This document shows, one piece after another, positions 41,147 to 49,284 of a stretch of 64,000 nt of DNA. How positions within the stretch are numbered: position 1 is the stretch's first letter; every line of letters starts with the position of its first letter. The position numbers and the translations under genes were made by a program. The DNA is from Planctomycetaceae bacterium. Its GTDB lineage: Bacteria; Planctomycetota; Planctomycetia; Pirellulales; PALSA-1355. The notes under the pieces are model-generated. The model saw nothing but the letters and a program-made list of their open reading frames with translations, made no database searches and was not told where the DNA came from. The DNA lies in assembly GCA_003153375.1 (NCBI GenBank), contig PLYM01000194.1:20879-84878 (forward strand). The letters are read 5' to 3'.

Positions 41147-41619
41147 CCCCCTATCCTACGAGCTGGAACCGTCCGTGGAAATTGGCCTTGATGTGAACCG
41201 ATGGTATTTCCTGGTCAAGCAAGAATATCTCCGAGCGGGAAGGCCCGTGACTGAGAATGTTCAGCCACGTTGGAAACATGGACGGGCGAGATAGCGCGAG
41301 CAGTCGGCAGTGAACCGTTCGATCGGGCGAGCAGGGCATGAGCGAACCAGACTTTGAGAATCGAGCGGTATTGGTGACGGACTCAGACGCGGGGCATTTC
41401 TTGGCATTTCTTGTAAGTCATCGGTCTTTGCGGTTACCAATACCTCTGGAATGAGGTTGCGATTTGTTGGTTGACAAAGTCCACCCGTCGCGAGTCACGG
41501 CCTGATTGGACGAGGCTGGCTGAACGAGCCTGGTTGGACGGGGCTGGCTTGTCGATCATGAAGGGGGCGAGAATGCGCCCTCCTGGGATGAACTCTCTTA
41601 CTTGTGCGAGGTCTCGAAG

Positions 41620-43023
41620 ATGAACGGTCCGCGTTGTATTTTGATCGTGCTTTCCATCGCGGTGAACTGCTCGGTTGGTGGAGCGATCGCCTGGGCGCAG
41701 AATCTGACGGATCAATGGGTCGAGAAAGCGGCCGGGCCGTTGGTTGAAAAGCGAATCGCCGATGGGCTGTCGGTCGGTTACATCGAGGATGAGCATTATG
41801 GAATGGTACACCTGGGAAGCGCGAGCCCGGCGGGGAAGAATGCCAACAACTTGACCGTCTATGAGATCGGGTCGATCAGCAAGGTTTTTACCTCACTGTT
41901 GCTGGCCGATGCGGTGGTGCGGGGAGAGATTAAATTGGAAGCGGCGGCGGATGTTGCCAATGAGGCCGGGATTCGGTTGCCGTCGCATGACAGTACGCCG
42001 ATCACATGGGCTGATCTGAGCACGCATCGCTCAGGGCTGCCGCGCCTGCCCACCAATTTGCCGCTGACCGATTTCGTGAATCCGTATCGAGAATACGATT
42101 CGAAGAAGGCCGCGGCGTTCCTGAGCGAATACCAACTGCCTCGTCAACCCGGCGATTCGCAGGAATATTCCAACCTCGGGGTGTCGGTTCTTGGATACCT
42201 AGTCGCGCAGAAAGCTGGCAAGCCCTATCAACAGTTGCTGCGGGAGCGAATCGCCGAACCGCTGCGTATGACCGATTGCACCGTTTCACTGAGCAGCGAT
42301 CAGACGAAGCGGCTCGCCACGCCCCATAATAAAGTCGGCTCTGCCGCATCGCCCTGGACGTTTGCCGACCTGCCGGGCGCCGGCGGAATTCACGCCACGA
42401 TGCGTGATATGATGCGTTTCGCCAAGGCTCACTTGAATCCGCCGACCGGCACGCTCGGCGAGGCGATCGAACTGGCTTGGAAGCAACACAGCAAAGCCGA
42501 CGCATCGGCGCCCGCGATGGGCCTGGGCTGGATGATTGCGCGGGATGGTCAGACTCGTTGGCACAACGGTCAGACCGGTGGATTCCATGCGGCACTCTTC
42601 ATCAATCGCGAGCTCAAGTGCGCGGTCGTCGTGTTGTGCAACACGGCCGTATCCAACGAAATCGATCAGCTGGCGACGCAGTTGATTTTGAAAGCAGCAG
42701 GCCAGGAAGCAAAGCCGGAGCCGAGCGAGGCTTCGGACGGTGACTCGGACAAGCTGGCCATCGATGCGGCGCTGCGCAAACGGTTGGTGGGGCGTTATCA
42801 GTTGACGCCGAGTTTCATTTTCGACGTTCGTGAGGATGACGGGCGGCTGATGGTTGGTATTACCAATCAACCCACGCAGGAGGTCTATCCTGACTCTCCC
42901 ACGAAATGGTCATACCGTGGGGTCGACGCCACGCTCGAATTCAAGCTGACGAAAACCGGTCCCGCCAAGAGCCTGGTTCTCCATCAAAATGGCATCCAGC
43001 AGACTGCTCGCCGAATGAAGTGA
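41620..43023 (+). CDS. secreted serine hydrolase, beta-lactamase (class C/PBP4-like) family with a C-terminal DUF3471-like domain
   Basis: Signal peptide plus SxxK 'SISKVF', YxN 'YSN' and 'WHNGQTGG'. Confidence 0.85.
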   Translation: MNGPRCILIVLSIAVNCSVGGAIAWAQNLTDQWVEKAAGPLVEKRIADGLSVGYIEDEHYGMVHLGSASPAGKNANNLTVYEIGSISKVFTSLLLADAVVRGEIKLEAAADVANEAGIRLPSHDSTPITWADLSTHRSGLPRLPTNLPLTDFVNPYREYDSKKAAAFLSEYQLPRQPGDSQEYSNLGVSVLGYLVAQKAGKPYQQLLRERIAEPLRMTDCTVSLSSDQTKRLATPHNKVGSAASPWTFADLPGAGGIHATMRDMMRFAKAHLNPPTGTLGEAIELAWKQHSKADASAPAMGLGWMIARDGQTRWHNGQTGGFHAALFINRELKCAVVVLCNTAVSNEIDQLATQLILKAAGQEAKPEPSEASDGDSDKLAIDAALRKRLVGRYQLTPSFIFDVREDDGRLMVGITNQPTQEVYPDSPTKWSYRGVDATLEFKLTKTGPAKSLVLHQNGIQQTARRMK

Positions 43024-43084
43024 GCGCATTGAACGATCCGTGTGTCGGCTGTTGGCCTGATCGGTCAGACCGCGAGGTTTTGCG

Positions 43085-43609
43085 TTGCTGGACGAGGATC
43101 ACAAGTCACTCTTCCTGAACTGGCTGGGCGAGCATGGTTCCTCGGTCATGAAGGTGGCGCGCGCCTACACCCTTACCAGCGACGAGTGCCAGGACCTCGC
43201 CCAGGAGATTCTGCTCCAAGCCTGGCGGTCGTTGCCGAACTTCGAGGGCAAGGCCAGCGCGGCGACGTGGTTTTATCGTGTGGCACTCCATACCGCGATG
43301 AATTGGCATCGCAAGGACAAACCGCGCCGAGCCAGGCAGCAACCGCTCGTGGAAGTACAAGTCTTGGCAACCGACGGGGCCGGCAGCGCCGAGCAAGCCC
43401 AGCAGCGAGAGACCGTCGAGCAGCTCTACCAGGCAATTCACCAGTTGCCGAAAACCGATGCCGCGCTCGTGCTGCTGTATCTGGACGAACTGAGTTATCG
43501 GGAGATGGCCGACGTGTTGGGCATCTCCGAAGGCAACGTGGGCGTGAAGCTGAATCGGGCGAAAAAAGTGCTGAGCGAACTGATGAAGGGCCAGTCACAT
43601 GAACAATGA
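43085..43609 (+). CDS. ECF-type RNA polymerase sigma-70 factor
   Basis: Region 2 'DLAQEILLQAWRSLPNFEGKASAATWFYRVALHTAMNWHRK'. Region 4 'LYLDELSYREMADVLGISEGNVGVKLNRAKKVL'. TTG start. Confidence 0.85.
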   Translation: MLDEDHKSLFLNWLGEHGSSVMKVARAYTLTSDECQDLAQEILLQAWRSLPNFEGKASAATWFYRVALHTAMNWHRKDKPRRARQQPLVEVQVLATDGAGSAEQAQQRETVEQLYQAIHQLPKTDAALVLLYLDELSYREMADVLGISEGNVGVKLNRAKKVLSELMKGQSHEQ

Positions 43610-45653
43610 CGGCCTTATGGCCCCTGATACCTTGCAACAAGCCTGGCGGGCGCAATCGTCTCAGACGCGTGTCACGGTCGATCCCGACTTGCTGCTGAAG
43701 GAAGTGCAACGCTCCCAACGAACTTTCCGAGCGACGATCTTCTGGCGAGATTTTCGCGAGGTTGTGGTGGCGATCGTGCTGCTGCCGTACTGGTTTTATG
43801 CAGGCATCACGCACTCATTGCCCTGGACATGGTATCTCACCGTGCCGGCTATTATTTGGGTTGGCGGGTTCGTTCTGGTGGATCGAATGCGCCACAAGCG
43901 GAAGCCGAGTGCGCCGGGTGACCCCCTGCTAGAGAGTGTGAGCGAATCACTGACGCAGGTAGAGCATCAAATTTGGTTGCTGCGCAACGTCTTCTGGTGG
44001 TATCTATTGCCGTTCACCATTTCCATTCTGGCATTCTTTGCCCAGGTTACTTTGCAGGTCTCTCGAAACTGGTTGGAGGCTCTTGCCGCCGGGGGCTTTT
44101 CATCCGTCTTTCTTTCGGCGCTTTATTATTTCATTGATTACATCAATCAACGCGCCGTACGAACGCAGCTTGAGCCGCGACACCGGGAGTTGCTCGCGCT
44201 GCTCAAAAGTCTCAGCGACGAAACGACCAGCGAGGACTCGCTGAAACGCACGCAGAGCGTGGATAGCCCAAGGATTGTCAGGCGATGGCTCATCGTCGCT
44301 GTCTTGTGCCTCGTGACCCTCGTGGTGATTGTCCTGGCAAGCGGGTTGTTCGATTCCAGCTATGACGGGCCTCCTCGCAGCAGCGGCCCCGCCGGCGCGT
44401 CGCTGGGGAAATTGGTCACCGATCTGCGCAAGCAGAAGCATCTCGTCGGCCTCGCCGCGATGGTGACGGTCGACAGGCAAGTCGAGGCTGCCGCGGCCAG
44501 CGGGGAACGGAAGAAAAGCAGCGGGGTGCCACTGGAGATCAGCGATCGCTGGCATCTGGGAGGGATTAGCAAGAGTATCACGGCCACGATGATCGCGCGC
44601 TTGGTCGAATCGGGTCGGATGCAGTGGTCAGACACCGTCGGCGAGATTTTTCCCGAGGCCGCGACCCATGAAGAATGGAAGCCGGTCACGCTCAGGCAAC
44701 TACTGACGGACACAGCGGGCGCGCCAGCGAACTTCCCCAAAGCGGTTTGGCGCCAACGGCCCGCGCTGGGTGCCGAGTGTACCGAAGCGCGTCGAGAGGC
44801 GGTGTTGAATGTGATGGCGGATCAACCGGCATACCCACCGGGTAAAAAGTTTGCCTACTCGAATGTCGGCTACACCATTGCGGGGGCGATGGCCGAGAAG
44901 GTGACCGGCGCCACTTGGGAAGACCTGGTGAAACGCGAGGTGTTTGAGCCTTTAGGACTCACAGGTGCCGGATTTGGCCCGCCCAAGAGTGTGGACGAAA
45001 CGCTCCAGCAGCCGCGCGGTCACCGAGCGGTCCTGGTTGGGAAAGTCTCGGTGGATGACCAGGCCGATAATTCTCCCATCATTTCTCCCGCGGCCACCCT
45101 TCACATGACGCTCGATAATCTCTGCACGTTCGCCACGGAGCACCTGCGCGGCGACCGAGGCGCGGGCAAGCTGCTCTCGGCCGAGACCTACAAACGGCTG
45201 CACACACCTGAGATCAGCCAGTATGCCTGCGGCTGGATCAGGAACGAACCGAGCGACGAAATCCCCTACACGGCCTACTGGCACAATGGCTCGAACACGT
45301 TCTGGTACGCACTGGTAGCGTTCATCCCCGAAAAGAATATGGTGATCGCCGTCACCTCGAACGATGGCGACGTTGAGCAGGCCGAAGCAGCCGCCTGGGA
45401 GATCGTGAGGGCCAGCGTGAAGCAATTCAACGTCGCAGCCGATCCCCAGTGGGACCAACGCCACATCGACGACCAGCGCCGCTACGGCGTCGAGCTTCAC
45501 AGCCTCTCCGCCGATCCCCTGTTCGTCGACGTCGACCACGGCGACCTCCGCCTGCGCCCCGAGTCCCCCGCGCGGGCGCTGGGCATTCAAACCTGGGACA
45601 TTTCCACCGCCGGGCTGTTGCAGGGGCATCCCTATTACCGCGCAGCGCCATGA
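43599..45653 (+). CDS. multi-TM protein with extracytoplasmic beta-lactamase-family domain and a grafted beta-helix-protein C-terminus (putative anti-sigma/sensor)
   Basis: Overlaps the sigma gene by 11 nt. About 5 hydrophobic helices in aa 50-260. Motifs 'SKSI' (SxxK), 'YSN' and 'WHNGSN'. The last 72 aa are nearly identical to the end of the 38807..41146 product. Confidence 0.8.
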   Translation: MNNDGLMAPDTLQQAWRAQSSQTRVTVDPDLLLKEVQRSQRTFRATIFWRDFREVVVAIVLLPYWFYAGITHSLPWTWYLTVPAIIWVGGFVLVDRMRHKRKPSAPGDPLLESVSESLTQVEHQIWLLRNVFWWYLLPFTISILAFFAQVTLQVSRNWLEALAAGGFSSVFLSALYYFIDYINQRAVRTQLEPRHRELLALLKSLSDETTSEDSLKRTQSVDSPRIVRRWLIVAVLCLVTLVVIVLASGLFDSSYDGPPRSSGPAGASLGKLVTDLRKQKHLVGLAAMVTVDRQVEAAAASGERKKSSGVPLEISDRWHLGGISKSITATMIARLVESGRMQWSDTVGEIFPEAATHEEWKPVTLRQLLTDTAGAPANFPKAVWRQRPALGAECTEARREAVLNVMADQPAYPPGKKFAYSNVGYTIAGAMAEKVTGATWEDLVKREVFEPLGLTGAGFGPPKSVDETLQQPRGHRAVLVGKVSVDDQADNSPIISPAATLHMTLDNLCTFATEHLRGDRGAGKLLSAETYKRLHTPEISQYACGWIRNEPSDEIPYTAYWHNGSNTFWYALVAFIPEKNMVIAVTSNDGDVEQAEAAAWEIVRASVKQFNVAADPQWDQRHIDDQRRYGVELHSLSADPLFVDVDHGDLRLRPESPARALGIQTWDISTAGLLQGHPYYRAAP

Positions 45654-45713
45654 TTCGTGCGCGTCGGGCGGCGCGGTTCACACTGGCCCGTCCGACCATC
45701 GCTGATATCGCGG
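45438..45713 (+). repeat. 276-bp inverted repeat, copy 2
   Basis: See 38747..39022. Confidence 0.85.
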
Positions 45714-45736
45714 AAGATCGAGATTCCAATCGATAG

Positions 45737-45901
45737 ACCCTCACCATAACCGTCCGATTCTCCAAATCCGCTTCGGTCGTCCCATCCTCGCCCGCTCGAA
45801 CGGTTGACTGCCGACTGGTCGCAGCATAATTCGGCAATACCAGGATTGGTACCGCGCGGTTCACGGCGCCCGAGAGACTATGGGAGGGGCTTGTGCTTAG
45901 C
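45737..45901 (+). repeat. diverged direct repeat 'X', copy 2
   Basis: See 38303..38527. It starts about 25 nt after inverted-repeat copy 2. Confidence 0.6.
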
Positions 45902-46061
45902 CGCCATCGCCTTGCGACCCAAATCCAACCCGCCTGTGCGAACAATCATACCAGTTCAAGCGGAACCGGCTTTCGTGAGGGTATTCAAAGTCGATTGCCA
46001 TTCAGATATAAAACATGGCGTTTCTCAGGGATCGCGCGGGCAACACTGGGGAGAACGAAAG

Positions 46062-46391
46062 ATGAAAAATCTGAAAGCACTTGCGGTTTTCTCCGTCACT
46101 TTCGGAGTCTTGGGCGGCTACATGGTAGCGACCGGCACGATTTCATCGCATTACGGAGCCGATGACGGTAAATCCGCTGCAAAAACAAACGCACCGCAGA
46201 TCACCGGCGTACCGGGTTCACCTAGCGCCACGGAGACCCTCCGTGGGAAACAAATCCCCGCGCCGCCGCTGCCGTTTGGTGGCGTGATCAAGGAGACCCT
46301 CAAGGGATCCAAGACGTGGTGGCCACCGCGCATCGTGCCACCCCAGGACGCGCCGAACGTCCAGCTGATCATGACTGACGACAACGATTAA
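46062..46391 (+). pseudogene. arylsulfatase N-terminal fragment (truncated)
   Basis: Signal peptide followed by '...PPQDAPNVQLIMTDDND*'. The ORF stops right at the metal-binding 'DD' block, where sulfatases normally continue for more than 350 aa. Confidence 0.65.
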
Positions 46392-46618
46392 CCAACGGAG
46401 CGTAGCAGTTGGATCCGCGACAAAAAGCCCATAAACACACGGATTCAACGACTCCACGCCATCCGCGAAACTTCGGCCAATCGCGGCGGTTTTAGGGGGA
46501 TTAACTACACTCTGCTACACGAAGTGGTTCCCCTCGGCGGCACTGGGTGTAGGCGATGCGACCGACGTTCGCTTCGATCACCGGTGGTGTTGAATCATGC
46601 TTGGTCTCCAGCCCCCCT

Positions 46619-46660
46619 CAAGGAGCTCCCCGGACGAGTGCTCGTCGGGGGAGCTCCTTG
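46619..46660. terminator. 19-20-bp-stem hairpin downstream of the minus-strand micropeptide ORF
   Basis: caaggagctccccggacgag / ctcgtcgggggagctccttg with one mismatch. There is no U-tract, so it is not a canonical intrinsic terminator. Confidence 0.6.
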
Positions 46661-46708
46661 CTGATTACCCCAACGTGCCTTGTCGAATGACCACGAGAAA
46701 CCGCTGAG

Positions 46709-46849
46709 CTATTGGCGGTTAAAACGCCCGCGGCAGGCGCAGCGCCGTGGACACCGACAATCGTTGCGGCGGCGATGTCCGGTGGGAGTGCTCAGCCATG
46801 CAACCACGGCCAGCACGATTAAGATCAAGACGACGATAAACATGTACAT
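46709..46849 (-). CDS. candidate 46-aa membrane micropeptide with Arg/Cys-rich tail (below the ORF-track size cutoff)
   Basis: My own translation: MYMFIVVLILIVLAVVAWLSTPTGHRRRNDCRCPRRCACRGRFNRQ*. AGGAG sits 4 nt upstream of the ATG. The ORF begins 82 nt downstream of the sigma-like gene on the same strand. Confidence 0.35.
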   Translation of the reverse strand: MYMFIVVLILIVLAVVAWLSTPTGHRRRNDCRCPRRCACRGRFNRQ

Positions 46850-46931
46850 TTGGCTCCTGAGTGGGTTATTGTTGGAGGCCTGGATTTCCTAGCGATTACC
46901 GCCTTGGAACGATTGCCGAGAGGCCTGCGGC

Positions 46932-47585
46932 TCACTGTGCAGTTGGCTGATACGGGCACTGGAAACACTGAACCGCTGGGCGTATTTCCTGGAAGCTCTC
47001 CCAGCTCGTCTTCAACTCGGCGCGGATCTGACTGATCCTCGCCGAGCTCAACTTGAACTGCTGGGCTACATCGCCCGTGGTTTCACCCCTGGCCAGTGCT
47101 TTGGCAATCCGGCAATTTCTCTGGGTGAGTGAGCGAAGCCAGGTCGCCACGTCAATTCGCGCTGCCGCGATGTCCGCCGGCGTGGCACGCCGATCTTCAA
47201 CCAGTACGGCGCGCCATTCACCTTGCACTTCGTCAAACATGTCCAGCCGTTCAACAACAATCCCAAAGTCTGCATGAGCCTTTGGCGAAAGGACGTCACG
47301 ACGGTTTGGTTTCGTGCCGACTTGTCGACCGGCAATAACCTGGCGAATCGCATAATTGGCGAGCGGCGTGGCGTAGGTGACGTCGGCCTTGCCGCGGTGG
47401 ACCAGCGCTACAAATGTGCAAAAGGCATTGGCCTCTACCTCCTGCACGAGTTCGTCTCTGAGTTCGGGACGAAATCGGTGAAATGCTCGGTGCGCCTGAC
47501 GGCGAACTCTTGGCAGCATTTCGAGAAACCGTTCGTGTTCTTGCGACTTTATGACCTGATGCGGTTTCTTGATGATCGTAATCAC
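46932..47585 (-). CDS. sigma-70-like / HTH protein (regions 2- and 4-like)
   Basis: GTG start 8 nt after AAAGGAGG (MITIIKKPHQ...). C-terminal HTH 'TTGDVAQQFKLSSARISQIRAEL'. The upstream part of the 304-aa ORF looks non-coding. Confidence 0.6.
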   Translation of the reverse strand: MITIIKKPHQVIKSQEHERFLEMLPRVRRQAHRAFHRFRPELRDELVQEVEANAFCTFVALVHRGKADVTYATPLANYAIRQVIAGRQVGTKPNRRDVLSPKAHADFGIVVERLDMFDEVQGEWRAVLVEDRRATPADIAAARIDVATWLRSLTQRNCRIAKALARGETTGDVAQQFKLSSARISQIRAELKTSWESFQEIRPAVQCFQCPYQPTAQ

Positions 47586-47785
47586 GGGGACGACCTCCTT
47601 TGGGAAAGAGACCGCCCACCCGGGCGGTCGTGTAAAGAAACACAACCGCCCTGGCACACTGCCTGGGCGAACAGGGACACTCTTCAATCGGGCGCCACGA
47701 GTGCAAGAAAGAGCCCTCAGGTCAGCGCACGGCTGTATTCTGAGGGCCTCTTGGCGACTGGCACCAGGTGCTAGTCGGGCGCCGA

Positions 47786-47893
47786 GATCGACCTGTAATT
47801 CCGGGCTGGCGAGGCGTAGGCCTGCAGCGTGATATGAGTGGTGCACCCGCCAGTGAATCGTACAATGTGCAACGGCGCAAGCTGGCCGGCACG
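47786..47893 (+). repeat. ~110-bp direct repeat, copy A
   Basis: gatcgacCTgtaatt...catatgagtgg...gtgaat.g.acaatgtgc.acggcg...ggccggcacg aligns with 48098..48208 at roughly 75-80% by eye. Confidence 0.7.
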
Positions 47894-47923
47894 GACGTCC
47901 GCGAAGATGTCGGCTTGGCGAAC

Positions 47924-48055
47924 TTCTATGTTCGGATCCGCAAGCGGTCCAGCGCCAAGATCGCTCGTGCCCCTGTTGCGCGGAAGTTGGGGGAAATCTG
48001 TTGGAAGCGACTGCTTCGCTGGCAGCAAGCGCATGATGTGTTTACTGCGGCCTGA
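47924..48055 (+). pseudogene. IS110-family (DEDD) transposase C-terminal remnant
   Basis: 'FYVRIRKRSSAKIARAPVARKLGEICWKRLL' resembles the conserved C-terminal 'FY.RL...GK..KVALVAVARKLL.I.W.ML' block. No catalytic N-terminal part is present. Confidence 0.45.
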
Positions 48056-48097
48056 GATATTAAGAGGAGCACAACTGCGACGCGCTGAAGTCGGCGG

Positions 48098-48208
48098 GAT
48101 CGACGCGTAATTCTGGCACGGTGAGGCGTCAGCCTGCACCGTTCATATGAGTGGGAGTCCCCCGCCGGTGAATTGCACAATGTGCGACGGCGTATGCCGG
48201 CCGGCACG
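48098..48208 (+). repeat. ~110-bp direct repeat, copy B (contains the 12-nt palindrome tgccggccggca)
   Basis: See copy A. It lies immediately downstream of the transposase remnant's stop. Confidence 0.7.
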
Positions 48209-48701
48209 AATGGCTGACTATGAGCGCGCTTGATTCAAGCGACCAAACTCGGCTCCCGAAAAGCTAGGTGCTCCCCATCCTATATGCCAGGAAAACCACG
48301 AATCATTAAGCTGGGGCGCACTTTGCACGACGGTGCGGTTCAGCTACTTCACGCGTCGTGCGCACCACTGCAACGTGAAGTGCGCTTGCCGTTGGTAGAT
48401 GCGGACCTTCGTCGGGCTGCGGATGCCTTGAGGAAAATCGGTCACCCGCTGAAGTCTGTGACGAGCCGCGTAACGGGTTGTCCAGTCGGGCTTCTTGCCT
48501 GCAGAGACGGAAACCGCCTGCCGCAAGGCGCCCATATCGATCGACGCGAGCTGGTGATCCATAGTCTGTTGGGGTGCCATACCGCTTCAGGTCGTGACTC
48601 GCAATTGTCGTGTGCTAGCCCCTAATCAAGCGAACTCTTTGCGTTGAGTTGCGGAGAAGTTTGGGGAAAAATGAAATCCCTCGGCGTTTCTGCGGTGTTT
48701 C

Positions 48702-49019
48702 ATGAGTGTCGAAACTCGGAACATCACAGCCACGGAGGGATTTCAAGTGAAGACCAGCATACGACGACGACTGGGAGTGGTGTACTCGATCAATCAGGAC
48801 GGCAGCGGCTTCCAGCAGCTCGAGGCCTTTGCGGGCCCCAACGGCAACGTGCCCACGGGCCACCTAGTGGCCGTGGGTTCGAACTTGTACGGCGCAACGG
48901 AGAGTGACGGACCCACCCTGCCCGAGCCCAGCGCCCTCGTCCTGGCCGTGTTGGGATGTGCGGCGCTAGTTGGATGCGGCGTTCGAAATCGCAGGCGCTC
49001 AACTGCTGGCGCTGGCTGA
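48702..49019 (+). pseudogene. orphan C-terminal fragment of a PEP-CTERM protein
   Basis: 'VYSINQDGSGFQQLEAFAGPNGNVPTGHLVAVGSNLYGAT' looks like a choice-of-anchor-type repeat. It is followed by 'LPEPSALVLAVLGCAALVGCGVRNRRR'. There is no signal peptide. Confidence 0.45.
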
Positions 49020-49284
49020 GTCTAATCCGGTTCGGCCCACACCCATCGCCGCCGCCAATTCGCACGCCTTCAAGACGCCCGCCGCAGCCCGCTCTTGGAC
49101 TTGCTCGGCTGGGCTAACCTGTTAGGCTAATTGGTAATCTGTCGGATTTTGGGCATTTTCCGCTGCTTTTTTTCCTTCGCGGTTAAGTCCTGTCGGCGGT
49201 TGCGGTTAGAGTCAGTAGCTGGGGTTGTTTGCCCCAACGCGTTATTGGGAAACAATTCGCCTCCTGCCCACGCGAGACGAAGTC

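Noticed and set aside
43024-43084. An ECF-type promoter (TGAAC ... GTC) upstream of the sigma gene, and a similar 'TGAAC-N17-GTC' at 41588-41612 upstream of the beta-lactamase paralog
   Set aside because: The motifs are short and the spacings are inconsistent between the two sites. The target consensus for this sigma group is unknown, so the support is too weak to annotate.
38747-45713. The IR-bounded block as an autonomous transposon
   Set aside because: No transposase, integrase or recombinase ORF lies inside. The IRs are gene 3' ends, and 276 bp is far longer than typical terminal inverted repeats. It is kept only as a rearrangement or duplication observation.
48230-48625. 131-aa + strand ORF and 78-aa minus-strand ORF in the decay zone
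   Set aside because: There are no motifs, no convincing start context and mutually overlapping frames. They were left unannotated pending BLASTX.
48870-48895. tRNA T-arm-like 'gggttcgaac'
   Set aside because: No acceptor stem or anticodon arm could be built around it. It lies inside the PEP-CTERM fragment ORF. I recognised no tRNA or rRNA anywhere in the window.
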